Counted from the first letter of the stretch, positions 15,394 to 28,627 are shown. The stretch: 64,000 bases of DNA from Octopus vulgaris (GCA_951406725.2 OX597821.1:23188001-23252000), one strand, 5' to 3'. Translations and numbers: made by a program. Notes: generated from the sequence alone by a model not told the origin.

Positions 15394-15898
15394 GGAGGTG
15401 CAATGGCCCAGTAGTTAAGGCAGCGGACTCGCGGTCGTAGGATCGCGGTTCGATTCCCAGACCGAGCATTGTGAGTGTTTATTGAGCGAAAGCACCTAAA
15501 GCTCCACGAGACTCCGGCAGGGGATCGTGGTGAACCCTGCTGTACTCTTTCACCACAACTTTCTCTCACTCTTTCTCCCTGTTTCTGTTGTACCTGTGTT
15601 ACAAAGGACCAGCCTTGTCACATTCTGTGTCACGCTGAATCTCCCCGAGAACTATGTTAAGAGTACACGTGTCTGTGTAGTCCTCAGCTACTTGCACGTT
15701 AATAAATGAGCTGCGACGTCAGTGGTGCCAAGCTGTATCGGCCTTTGCTTTTCCCTTGGATAACACTGGTGGCGTGGAGAGGGGAGGCTGGTATGCATGG
15801 GCGACTGCTGGTCTTCCATAAACAACCTTGCCCGGACTTGTGCACCGGAGGGTAACTTTCTAGGTGCAATCCTATGGTCGTTTATGACCGAAGGGGGT
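15394..15898 (+). mobile_element. tRNA-derived SINE family C
   Basis: A-box tggcccagtagttaagg and B-box ggttcgattccc; homologous to 34142-34530 and 43000-43303. Confidence 0.85.
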
Positions 15899-15996
15899 TA
15901 CAACATTGAGTTCTAACACGGTTATTATTAGTATATATATGCAATGTAGCTACACGTGGCCCGGTGACCATTTCTTCTCTTTCTTTGAATTTTCCA

Positions 15997-16031
15997 GTTT
16001 CCGACAAAGAGCTATGCTTGAAACGTTAAAC
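15997..16031 (+). ncRNA. Degenerate minimal hammerhead ribozyme motif (same family as 36781-36815)
   Basis: GUUU CCGACAA A GAGC UAU GCUU GAAAC GUU AAAC; core G8 is mutated. Confidence 0.5.
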
Positions 16032-16114
16032 CCCTTCCTTTCACCGAGCATTGGTTTTCTTCTTTTTTCGTTTTTATCCATTTATTTGAATTGTTTGTTT
16101 ATCTGAAGTGACTA

Positions 16115-16321
16115 TATACATACATACATACATACATACATACATACATACATGTATGCATGCATGCATGCATACACACATACATACATACATACATACA
16201 TACATACATACATACATACATACATACATGGATGCATGCATACACACATACATACATACATACATACATACATACATACATACATACATACATACATACA
16301 TACATACATACATACATACAT
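16115..16321. repeat. (CATA)n microsatellite
   Basis: Direct reading. Confidence 0.95.
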
Positions 16322-17232
16322 GTGTGTGTGTGTATATATGTATATGTAGCCGTATGCTTTGATACAATACACCTTAACAGAATTTTTTCGACTCGGAGTC
16401 CTGTTAAAATTCCACTCCTATATCCTTATTGTGTTAAATCGTATTACCCAAGCTAGGTTGTTATAAAAAAGAGTCACGTAATATAGTTGTGTAAGATAAT
16501 CCTTACATGACTTCTAGAAACTCGCGTATTAAATGCATTCAAAATATAACATTTGGTTTTGTCGGTATTCTTTTACATATATATTATATTATATTATATT
16601 ATATCAAAAATGAACTTCAATCTTGTTTGCTTGTAATGTTACACGGCCAAACTGGCGCGTAATGGGAAAATACTAAGAATCAAGGCTCCTCTGAAATGTG
16701 AATATAAACGGAATAAAACAAGTTTCGTGTAACCGGAGAACTGGTTCTTGAGATATTGGGTGGGGAGTGCACCAAAATAGTGCATAATGGGAAAATACTT
16801 CGAAAACAACTTAACCCTGAAAGGGAAGAAACTCTAACCTTTCGATTAGACACATTATGATGGGCAAAAGTCTTAGTGACTTTAAGTTGCCAACGAAAAA
16901 ATACGAGTTGTTTTTTACAGTAAATGTTTCTATTTTCACTTTTGTTAAACACAATATTTTAAATATTTAGAAATATTTTTAAGTGAATGTGATTTCAAAA
17001 ATGCAAGTTGTTTGTACAATAAGTATTCATATTTTAGCTTTCTCTAAACAGACAATATTTTAATCTTTTTAAAAATTATTTTCAAGTGAATACCATTACA
17101 AAAATTTTTTTGGCATATTTAAAAAATATTTTAAAGTGAAAATTACTTTTAAAATACGGTAAATTCGTAACCTCACTGTGAAATAACTTTTTCTATAGGT
17201 TTTTTTAAAGTGATTCAACGTAACTCATCGCT

Positions 17233-17350
17233 AAAGATTTGGCTGCTATTTTAGCACGCCTTGCTACCACGTAACACTCATTTGCGATAAAGGAACCGAA
17301 ATTGCTGTTACGTTGTAGTAGGGCGTACAAGAAATAGCAGCCAAATCTTT
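17233..17350. repeat. 118-bp imperfect hairpin of a dispersed old repeat
   Basis: aaagatttggctgctattt / aaatagcagccaaatcttt arms with inner pairing; the same motif recurs near 8510, 11260, 19730, 21540 and 32150. Confidence 0.65.
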
Positions 17351-17586
17351 CCTTTTCTGGGGAAAGGAACCGTTTACACGTGATTTCGATGTCACATTCG
17401 TTGAAAGTGAAATAACTTGGAAAAGAAAAAACTCCAAGAAACAAAACTCCGCTTTCTTTTCGGGAAGAAAGTGACTTACGGTGGATTTGGAGGTGAGATA
17501 CGTTGAATGAACTCGAAAAAAAACCTGTGGAAAAAATTATTTCATACCGAAGTACAAACGGGTATGTTGCGTTCTTTTCCATTTTG

Positions 17587-17626
<40 letters not shown>

Positions 17627-17656
17627 CACATACATACATATATACATACATATATA

Positions 17657-18928
17657 CGAGGGGCGTTCAATAAGTAATGCCCCTGACCCACTTCCCATAG
17701 CAGTAGAGCAACGAAACTTGGCACAGTTATTAGTCTTTTTCTACATAAGAACCATCCAGAGTTACGCATTTCTCCCATTGCTTGATGCAGCTCTGGAGAC
17801 CGTTTTTGTAGAAGACCCCAGCTTGGTCCTCCAACCTGAACGTGACTTCAGAAATCAAGGCTGCATCATCTGGGAAACGCTTTCCTTTCAAAAACAACTT
17901 CATGACTGGGAAGAGGTGAAAATCAGAGGGTGCAAGGTCAGGAAAGTAGGGGGATGGGGGAGGAGTTCATAGCCATACGCCTGTGCTTCTGATCTGGCGA
18001 CAAGCGAGTTGTGGACCGGAGCGTTGTCCTGCAGGAGGAGGATGCCTTTGCTGATCTTGCCCCGCCTCTTGATTTTGATAACTTCTCTTAATTTCCTCAA
18101 AAGTGAAGCATAATAGGCTCCTGCAATTGTGGTACCCTTTGCCAGGAAATCTGTCATCACTACTCTGTCCTGGTCCCAGAAGACTGTGAGCATGACCTTG
18201 CCAGCGGAGGGCTGCACCCTTGCCTTCTTTGGAGGGGGTGAGTCACAGTGCTTCCACTGCATTGACTGGGCTTTGGTCTCTGGATCATCGTGATGGACCC
18301 AGGTTTCATCCTGTGTAATCAGTCTTTTGAAAAATTTTGACTCATCTTCTTGGCACATCTCCAAATTCACCCTCGAGCACTCGACGCGTTCTTGCTTCTG
18401 GAAAGGCGTGAGCAACCTGGGAATCCATCTGGCAGACACCTTTTGCATATGCAAATGGTCATGAATGATAGTTTCCACAGACCCGGTACTAATCTTGACC
18501 TCATGGGCTATTTGGCGAATAGTTATGCGTCGATCTTCCAAAATGGCAGCCTCAACTTGACAGACAGAAGGGGGCGACCAGATCTGGGAGCTGTTTCCAC
18601 AGAGTTCCGACCATGTTTGAATTCACGATGCCAGCGTTTTACAAGGTCATATGATGGGGCATCATCACCATAAGTTATTTTCATTTCATCAAAAGTCTCC
18701 CGTGGTGTGCGTCCTTTCAAATACAAAAACCGGATCACTGCTCGACACTCAACAGGCTCCATTTCACACTTGACTCGGTTCAAACACCTGTAAATCAGAA
18801 ACCACAATTAATTCAGAGCTGTAATTTGCCACTTACTCTATAGAGATATAAATGATTGCACATGCAAAATTTCAGCTAGATCAAACAACTGCAAGTGGGT
18901 CAGAGGCATTACTTATTGAACGTCCCTC

Positions 18929-18929
<1 letters not shown>
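17657..18929 (-). mobile_element. Full-length mariner transposon (~1.27 kb)
   Basis: TIRs cgaggggcgttcaataagtaatgcccctgacccactt / aagtgggtcagaggcattacttattgaacgtccctcg, with TA on both sides inside (TA)n. Confidence 0.95.
17730..18762 (-). pseudogene. Mariner DD34D transposase, frameshifted
   Basis: MEPVECRAVIRFLY..PRSGRP / WIPRLL / ITQDETW / LLQDNAPVH / HPP..PDLAPSDF / WEKCVTLDGSYVEKD*. Frameshifts near 18560 and 17950. Confidence 0.92.
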
Positions 18930-18960
<31 letters not shown>

Positions 18961-18967
18961 TTATATG

Positions 18968-19037
<70 letters not shown>

Positions 19038-19886
19038 TAGCGGCTTACGTAAACTGTTGCTCACCTTGTAAGTATGTATCCAAATTCTGTACGACTCTTT
19101 TACACTTTCTTTTAGTCTCCCTCATACTTTCTTCTTTCTTTCCTCTTTTCTTTTTCTCGCTGCCTCTCTCTCATATTTCTTAGTCTTCTCTTTCTTTAAT
19201 CTCCCTACTTTTCCTCCTCGTTTATCTTCCTTCTACCTTTCTCTATGTTCCTTTGATTTCATCTCTATCTCGTTCTTCCTCTAATTTTTCAATCCCTCTG
19301 TCATCTACTTCTCTCCTTACCTTCCACGTGACCGGTGTTTGGCCAAGCATGATCTTTCTTTCCTGGCTCGATTGCCGGTCGCGAAGCATCTCTTATATTC
19401 CTGTCTCATGACTTTCATCTTTTATGTTCATCTCCCATGTTCCTGCCTCAAGGCTTTCACTCTACACACACCGGCTCAACTTGATTCGTCTTTATTAGTC
19501 GAAAGATATTTGTTGTTTGTATTTGCAATTGTGTAACATTTTCTCCGTTTTTTTATTTTTGTCTTTGTTGTCGTACACATTCGCTTGCTTTCTCCCAAAA
19601 AACTTAATGCTCTTAGTTTAGATTTTTGGGGTCAACCAGATTTAAACAGTCTCAAGTGTCACAGGCCGAAATTGTAAGGATGATCCGGAAACAACAGCAA
19701 CAACCACTGAACCCATTGAAGTAGCAGCTTTTAGAAATAGCACCTAAATCTCCCTCAGATAACACTGTACGTTGCAGCGCAGAGGACAAATTGCCTGCAG
19801 TACATTAATAATCGATCATTTACGTTCTGAGTTCAAACCCTACTGAAGACCTCTTCACCTTTTATTATACCTGGTCGCTAAAATAA

Positions 19887-21520
19887 AAGTAAAAAAGAAA
19901 AAGGTAAATACTGTATTGACTCTTTGGACTCACAGAGCCAGTTATTCAGTTTCCACGGGGTGTAAGTGACGGAGACCTCAATACCAACCTTTAACTACTG
20001 GGCCGCGCGTCATCACACAAGTTGGATCAATTTAATATTCCTATAAAGGCATTCTAGAAGGGAAATCTATATCTATATATATAAAACTCTAGTTGTGTGA
20101 GTGTCTGTCCCCTTCGATTTAGATTCCTAACTCCTCCCACATTTTGCGGTGCAGTTTAACCAAATTCGGGTATCTTATAGTCGTGATTCATATCGAGCCC
20201 GTCTGACTATTAGCGTGCGTCAACGATGAGTCTACGATTTTAAAAATAATTTAACATCATTTTTTATTCCATTTTAATGCATAAAATGCATCGTATGTCG
20301 ATGGCGGCGGAGTTGGCGTCCACGCTCACAGCTGCACCTGTTTGCTTCTCCCCCTTCCCTCCCTCGTGAAGCTGTGGGGAAGGGAGTGTAAAGAAATCAA
20401 CGTCGTAATGCGTTGTGAAGGAAACCAGCGTTCTTTTAGAACAACGACTTCTTGGCTTGAAGACACCAAAACAAAAATGGCTAAGAAAGCCCGAATTTAT
20501 AAGGGAAGTAACTCTCTAAAAATGCTTATATAGTTATTTCCCTTACAAACCCGAGCAACGCCGGGCGATACTGCTAGTGAATTATAATAGAAATCGGGGA
20601 TGGAGAACAGAAGTGGAACACCTTTAATCATGAGTTTAATGGGTCTTGATTTACTTGGGGTTAAACAATAACAAAAGTGGTTGTAAAAACAACCGCCGTT
20701 ACCATCATTTCATACTGAAGATGAAAGATAAAAAGGTCTTGAAACGTCGACGGAACTGTGCATATTATTGTAACATAAATATGATGGCGTTGTCGTTGGT
20801 ATTTAGCTCAAGGTTTCATCTACGACCATCCAGTCTTTCTGTTGGTGTAATAATATGTATAAGAATAGTGTGTCGAGTGACTACTCGACACTCTATTCTT
20901 ATACATATTATTACACTCGACACACTATTCTTATACATATTATTACACCAACAGAAGGATGGTCGTAGATGAAACCTTGAGCTAAATACCAACTACAACG
21001 CCATCATATTTATGTTACAATAATATGCAGTTCCGTCGACGTTTCAAGACCTTTTCATCTTTCATCTTCAGTATGAAGTGATGGTAACGGCGGTTGTTTT
21101 TACAACCACTTTTGTTATTGTTTAACCCCAAGTAAATCAAGACCCATTAAACTTATGATTAAAGGTGTTCCACTTCTGTTCTCCATCCCCGATTACTATT
21201 ATAATTCATTTCCCTTCTAGAATGCCTTTATAGGAATATTAAATTGATTCAACTTGTGTGATGACGCGCGGCCCAGTAGTTAAAGCGTTGCATTCAGAAT
21301 CGCAAAATCGTGAATTTTCTATTCTCGAACCGCAGAAGTTCCTTTGTATTCTTCATTTCACATTACTTTCGTCCACTCAGCAGTGAGTAACCCTACAACG
21401 AACTATCGTCCCGTTTAGGATGTTATTGAGGTCTCCGTCACTTACACCCCGTGGAAACTGAGTAACTGGCTCTGTGAGTCCAAAGAGTCAATACAGTATT
21501 TACCTTTTTCTTTTTTACTT
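19887..21520. repeat. Fold-back inverted duplication (~475 bp paired arms, centre at ~20880)
   Basis: 19887-19983 pairs with 21424-21520. 19989-20065 plus 20578-20878 pairs with 20915-21285. 4-nt loop at 20879-20882. Confidence 0.93.
20066..20577 (+). mobile_element. Non-autonomous Helitron inserted in the left palindrome arm
   Basis: TC...cccgagcaacgccgggcgatactgCTAG inserted between A and T. The opposite arm reads gggaaA|Tgaatt uninterrupted, with no TSD. Confidence 0.95.
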
Positions 21521-21698
21521 CCCAGTTTTAAAAATGTTGTGATTTGGTTACTATTTTTAGCAGTTCAGAAACCACATAGCGGGTACTTTGATTAGCGAAT
21601 TAATTGGAAATTTGAAAGATTCTTAGGAAAGTTAAGACTGGGAGCTGTTATGTCAATAACACACACATGTACACATACACACCACACACATGTGTCTG

Positions 21699-21700
<2 letters not shown>

Positions 21701-21730
<30 letters not shown>

Positions 21731-21904
21731 TGTATGTATGTATGTATGTATGTATGTATGTATGTATGTATGTATGTATGTATGTGTGTATGTATGTGTG
21801 TATGTATGTATGTATGTATGTATGTATGTATGTATGTATGTATGTGTGTATGTATGTATGTATGTATGTATGTATGTATGTATGTATGTATGTATGTATG
21901 TATG
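21701..21904. repeat. (TATG)n microsatellite
   Basis: Direct reading. Confidence 0.97.
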
Positions 21905-22149
21905 AATGTATTCTAGGCGGAAGTCAAAACAAAATCATATGACTATGTTTGTCAAGTGTTTTTAATGTTATTAACCTCTGAACACCACATCTCTACCAAA
22001 TATCTCTGCAGTTGCGCAATAGTACCACTCCTATACTACCACTAATGCTACAATTATACAAAACCAGTACAGCAATACCTACGTTATTGCATAACACCAC
22101 AACTGCAACGTCTCTGCAACCACTACTAGCATACCATTTACAATGCTAC

Positions 22150-23075
22150 TACGACAATACCACTAACACAACTCTACCACTGTTACCACCACCAACACAA
22201 CAAGACCACTGCAATAACACTAATTCAACTCTACCACTGTCACCGTCACCAGCACAACAGGACCACTGCAATAACACTAATTCAATTCTACCACTGTCAC
22301 CGTCACCAGCACAACAGGACCACTGCAATAACACTAATTCAATTCTAACACTGTCACCGTCACCAACTCAGCAGTACCACTACAACACCACTTCTACTAC
22401 AACAACATTAATACAACACTACGATACCACTAACACAACAGTACTAGTACAACACCATCAACATAACACTATCATCACAACACTAGCTTAGCAACATTAC
22501 AACCCAATCACTGTGACACCACTATGACTACACTACAACACCACTACTACTGCGTAATACCACTTATCTCACAACTACACCACCACTAGTATTATACAAC
22601 ACTACTTCTAACACTACAACACAACCTACTATACCACCACCACTGCCATCATCAATACTTATTGAGATAACACTTCTGCTGTTATACACCACCACCACCA
22701 CCATCACCACCGCCACAACCACTACCACCACCACCACTATAACCAAAACTACATCAACACAATACAAAACTATACCACTAACACTATCGTCACACACTTC
22801 CATCTTCGCTTTAACACAACACCACGACCATAACCACTACATTTACTATTCCACATAACTACTACTACTACTTTAACCATATGCCACTGCATACTACCTC
22901 CATCACTTTTACACAACGAGTCACCACTACAAACCACTATTGTACCACTACATACTACCTCCATCACTTTTACACAACGAGTCACCACTACAAACCACTA
23001 TTGTACCACTACATACTACCTCCATCACTTTTACACAACGGGTCACCACTACAAACCACTATTGTACCACTACAT
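22150..23075. repeat. C/A-rich low-complexity block with 60-bp (~22170-22380) and ~54-bp (~22885-23075) minisatellites
   Basis: gaccactgcaataacactaattcaa... x3; catactacctccatcacttttacacaacgagtcaccactacaaaccactattgtaccact x3. Confidence 0.85.
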
Positions 23076-23732
23076 ACGCTCGTCTCTGCTATTACACAAC
23101 GGCATAACCACTACGCACTGCAACACTGACTACTGCACATGGCCACCAGCGCATGCTTTCACCTCTGCTAATCTACAGCGGTAACAATCGCTACAAACTA
23201 CCGCGTTTAAATGTTAAACGATATCACCACTGTATACTGTCGCATCTACTATTACACAATAGCATACTACCACCAACTACTACAGCCATCACAACCACCG
23301 CAAAATAGGGCATTTCTTTGTTTTTAATTTATATTCTCTCGTACACACGATGTAAACAGACACATATACATAACAACAGAAGGCAATTACACATACATAC
23401 ACTGACAAACACACACACACATATATATGTATATACATAACCAGAAACGTACACACATACACACAGAGTCACATATGCATACACAGCATGTACATAATAA
23501 AATAAGGAAATTACTCATACACACACTCAGTGTGTGCGTTTGTGTGTATGTCCATGAACATGCATAAACACCTACATACGTACATACACACGCACACACA
23601 CATAATAGAAGGAAATAAGTTCGCACACATTAACATAAACAAACGCTCATAAACATGAAGAAGCACAAGCGTAATACATACGTGAGACTATGTATAGACA
23701 CACACACATACATACATACATACATACATACA

Positions 23733-23768
<36 letters not shown>

Positions 23769-23889
23769 TACATACATACATACACGCACATACACAACTA
23801 TACGCAGTGACAAAGAGAGAGGAAAAAGGAAGAAGAAAAAAGAATAACAGAGTGAAATAAAGTAACAAAAACAGCAGCAACACACACAC

Positions 23890-24066
23890 CCGTGGGAGGG
23901 AAAGCGGTCAGCCAATGATAATGAGGTGCGAGGCCGCGTCAACCAATCAGCGATGATTTATCATGTGATCAGCAAGTGTTTCCAGCCGTAGTGTGCACGT
24001 GGAAAGTGTATGCAACTGGCGTGATGAGTTGTTCGCTAGGAATTATAAAGCTAGACTTGGGATTCC
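23890..24066. promoter_or_regulatory. CpG-rich promoter/enhancer-like island
   Basis: CCAAT at 23912 and 23943 (31 bp apart), TGATTTAT 23954, TCATGTGA 23961, CACGTG 23996, TATAAAG 24044; unique sequence between microsatellites. Confidence 0.5.
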
Positions 24067-24396
24067 ACACACACACACACACACGCACACACGCTCACAC
24101 GCACACACGCACACTCACATACTTACTCACAAATATTGTATACATTGATACATATGTGCATATGTGTGTGTGTGTGTGTGTATGTATACATAATATATGT
24201 CTCTGTCTCTGTCTATATACGCAACATTGTATTGACCTAAAGTGTGTCATATGATGTATAATAATAAAGTGGGTAGGTAAAACTGGAACTTCTTATTGAT
24301 ACACCTGTGTTCTATGTATCTATATATACATGATATACACTCACTCATACTATATACATACAAATGCTTATTACAATCCCTCAATTACAAATATTT

Positions 24397-24750
<354 letters not shown>

Positions 24751-25260
24751 TCTTTCTGTCTATGTGTCTATCCGTCTCTCTCTCTCTATCTCTCTCTATA
24801 TATATATATGTATGTATATATATAAATAAAATATATATAGATATACATATATAAATTTTAAAATACACACATTTTTATTCTCTTTTAGTGCCTTACTATA
24901 AAATGAATAAATGAGTGGTAATCGAACCGGTGAGTGTGTTAAATAAGGCAAAAGAGAATGACTCTCCCCAGACACAACAGAATATGCTTCATCAGACGAG
25001 TTTTCATAAAGAATCTTGCAAACCAAATACAAAAAATATAGATACACACATATATATATGAATGCTACTTATATGCATGTATGTATATTTATGTTATGTG
25101 TGTGTGTGTCTATCCATCAGTCTATCTAGCTAGCTCTCTCTTTCCCTCTGTCCCTTTCTCTCTGTCTATCTCTCTCTCTCCCTATATATATATATATATA
25201 TATATAATAGCAAAATAAGAAATAAAACATGCATATATACATATATGTACATACCTACAT

Positions 25261-26622
25261 CTATATGTATATACTAGCAGCATAGCCCGGCGTTGCCCGG
25301 GTATGTAAGAGCCCCTTGTAGGCAACGACTAATCCCGATCTAAGTATTGTGGCCGTTATTAAATGTGGTGCCAAATGTTTCACAACCAGACGTGTGCCGT
25401 TGCACTGTTTAGGTGGAACCAAATTCCTGATGAGCATAATGGGCGCACCGACTCTTAACTTCAGGATGTGTGGCGGCAGGCCTGGCGGTTCAAGTGAACT
25501 CAGGAATTCAACAGGATAATCTGCAAGCTCGGCGGGGTCTGCTGTCCTATCTATAGATTTGTAGACGTGGACATCACCAGGAATAGCTTCAAGTAGCTGG
25601 ATATTGATGGAGTTGACGGTAGTATTTTTGGGTGCGAGAATAGCTCTTGACCCGGGAGGAATTCGCGAGATGGGATTGCACGTGTAGGTGATAAAGAGGT
25701 CCTGCCGGCCATAAATGCGCACGTAGGTCAAGGCGTCTTGGGTCCTCTCACGTATATATCGCGGTCTTCCCGTGAAGGTGGAGGGTAGAATGCATGGTTT
25801 GCCGATGTTGCGAGGGTCATTTTCTTGTTGCAAGCCGTCACGGAGATGAATGTAGGAGTCGGAGCGAAGTTTGGTCTGATTAAGTTTAATGTATAGCAGC
25901 CTTTCCGATTCCATTTTGGCGGCCATGTCGACGGCGAACTGGTTGAATAGCTGACGACAATGGGGCAATAAGTTGAACTCACCCTCCCTGACCATGAACC
26001 GGTATGAGTAGAACGTCCTGCTGGAAACCGTCTTTGATGCCGCAGTAGTTTGATTGGAGGGCTGCCGTAAAGGAATTACGAAGTGGTAGCCGTCTTCCCC
26101 AAAAGGGAAAAGCAATGGATGCTGAAGCGCGTCATAAGATCTGTGAGTCTCGTTGATCCTGCGTAGGCTGTTACCAAGGGAGGAGATGATTATGTCATGG
26201 CTGTTGTGTTGCTCTCCGTGTATGACGGCGGCAATTTCGTTGCACGCAGGTGCGTTGAAACGGCGTTCGTGCTCCCCGTGGTGTCGTTTATCAGCATTAA
26301 TGACAACGGTGAAGTCTGGAGACGGAGCACTGTCCAAGGCATACCTGAAGCTTCGGACGTAGCTGTTGATATCATGAAGCATGGTTTGGAGACGGAGAAG
26401 AACATAGCATGTTCTGCGGGGAACATAGCATGTACCCGGTATTATTCCAAGGCGTGCATCAACCTGCTGGTTGTAGTCGGCAATGAAGTAGATTTGGAGG
26501 AAAGAAGACTGCTGAATCTCGTCTGGCAGAAGTGACCCAATAAGATGGTTGACCTGTCCCTGCACTTTGAAAGTAGGCATCCAGCCTTCTCTAGGAGGAA
26601 TTTTGGCCCCGAAAGAGGTCAT
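25261..26622 (-). pseudogene. Helitron Rep/PIF1 helicase fragment (in-frame fusion after internal deletion)
   Basis: (YNCSFQ)MTSFGA, FKVQGQV.HLIGSLLP, SYDALQHPLLFPFGEDG, ILPSTFTGRPRY, DLFITYTCNP, then RAILAPKN, LPPHILKLRVGAPIMLIRNL..CNGTRL. Confidence 0.9.
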
Positions 26623-27592
26623 TTGGAATGAGCAGTTGTACTTTCGAATGATTTCAAGGAATTGTGACGATTCGGGGGTTAAACCCGCCGCGAGATCGAT
26701 CCTTCAGCGGTTGAGGTGGTTCGCGTAGGGGTGGCATGTCCACTTTGCCACCAGAGCATTGACTGCTTGAAGTGGCGATGTTGGGGTTAAATTCTCGAAT
26801 GTAATTTCTTCCTGGTAGGAATTGGTTCACCAAAACTTAGGTTAGTCTGGAGGTTTCGATGTAATCTTTGGATATGTGGGATACCTTGAAGATTAAGTCT
26901 AGATTTCCTCCTGTGGGTTGAATTATCGATAGCTATTTGATAGTTATTTGGGGGAGTAAGAGAGCTTAAAGAAGGTCGAGTTGCGTCCCCTAGACAGTCT
27001 GTGGTTTGTGTTTAATACACAAATCGGTTTGCTATGTGTGCCACATATGATTTAATTAACCGATTTTTTTCCAGTAATAAAGTATCCTATTGGAATAAAA
27101 AGGGCCATATAGCTCCTTGGATCAGACATGATGCTCGCTGTGAATTTAAAAAAAAATTCCTGCCAATTTGTTAGAGATATTGTCGAAAATATGTCATCTT
27201 GAATTTGAACGCGATTTCCCAAAATGGCATGATTTTATCGATTTTTTCTGATGGTAAGGTATTGCATGGAAAACTAACGTCAGAATTAAGTTTCTTAGGG
27301 TAACATTAAGCTTCACCATGAGTTTTGTGAAAATCGATTGCAAGTTGCGAAAACTAAAACAGAAAATCTGTTGCATATGAAAAGCTTAGATTCTCGACCC
27401 CATGTCGAATTTATCGTTCTTTTTTCAGAACTGGGGGAACTTTTCAAAATTTTCGCTGCGTTAGTTTTGAATTATGACATTGGGCTATGTGTGTGTCAAG
27501 TTTCATCAGAATCAGTTGAAAACCGTGGTCAGGGTGAGGGTACAACCTGACAGACACACAGACAGACAAACTGCCGTTTATATAGAGAGAGA
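25274..27592 (-). mobile_element. Internally deleted Helitron (2.3 kb)
   Basis: 5' TC(TC)n TATATAAACGGCAG is shared with 471-839. The 3' end is cccgggcaacgccgggctatgctgCTAG. A|T insertion site. Confidence 0.92.
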
Positions 27593-28005
27593 TACATGTA
27601 TATATGGGTACAGGACACAAAAAAAAAAAACGTCGAACATAATGAGAAACGAAAACATAAAAACAAAGCCAAAGAAACGGACATTTTTATAAACAACGAA
27701 AAAACAGAGTACAAGACATACAACACAAGGGACATTCCCCTTCTTCAGTCGCCTCTGCTTCGTCTACTCCGTGTTTCGAAGATATATATATATAAAATAA
27801 ATAATAAATGCGCCCTTTTAAAGTCTAGCCAAGCTCATGGGCCCGGTTTCCCGGTTTCCATGGAGTTGGTAAGCAAGTTACTTTCCATGTGGTTGGTAAG
27901 CAAGTTACTTACCACGCAGTCACTCCTGCGCCTATATATATATATATAAACGTGTAATTACATCTTTCTCTCTCTTCTCTTCTCTCTTCTCTTCTCTCTT
28001 CTCTC

Positions 28006-28046
<41 letters not shown>

Positions 28047-28157
28047 ATTTTTATATTAATATTTAGGAGAAGCAACAGAGTGACTCAACGGGTGAGAGTT
28101 TCGTGCGTTATCACTTATGAAACTATATATATAACCTGTAAACATCATATATATATG

Positions 28158-28209
<52 letters not shown>

Positions 28210-28211
28210 TA

Positions 28212-28374
28212 GGCGCAGGAGTGGCTGTGTGGTAAGTAGCTTGCTTACCAGCCACATGGTTCCGGGTTCAGTCCCACTGCGTGGCATCTTGGGCAAGTGT
28301 CTTCTGCTATAGCCCCGGGCCGGCCAATGCCTTGTGAGTGGATTTGGTAGACGGAAACTGAAAGAAGCCTGTCG

Positions 28375-28428
<54 letters not shown>

Positions 28429-28627
28429 TGTTTGTCCCCCTAGCATTGCTTGACAACCGATGCTGGTGTGTTTACGTCCCTGTTACTTAGCGGTTCGGTA
28501 AAAGAAACCGATAGAATAAGTACTGGGCTTACAAAGAATAAGTCCCGGGATCGATTTGCTCGACTAAAGGCGGTGCTACAGCATGGCCGCAGTCAAATGA
28601 CTGAAACAAGTAAAAGAGTAAAAGAGT
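28212..28627 (+). mobile_element. tRNA-derived SINE family A, full length
   Basis: ggcgcaggagtggctgtgtggtaag head, B-box ggttcagtccc, internal microsatellite and (GTAAAAGA) tail; near-identical to the copies at 30264 and 33106. Confidence 0.9.

Noticed and set aside
20696-20753. CUGAAGA...GUCUU GAAAC GUC GACGG inside the palindrome arm
   Set aside because: The stem I partner (ccgtt) is ~14 nt from the core and the spacing is non-canonical; at best a decayed hammerhead.
22012-22491. Thr/Pro-rich mucin-like ORF
   Set aside because: Explained by the C/A-rich minisatellite; no splice or start support.
22150-23075. Regularly spaced repeats as a CRISPR-like array
   Set aside because: Contiguous tandem units with no unique spacers, in a eukaryotic context.
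24900-25005. CTGATGA on the minus strand in a Penelope-like repeat
   Set aside because: No downstream GAAA or stem III is present.
27720-27785. GAAAC and CTGAAGA on the minus strand
   Set aside because: The order and pairing do not give a coherent hammerhead in this truncated copy.
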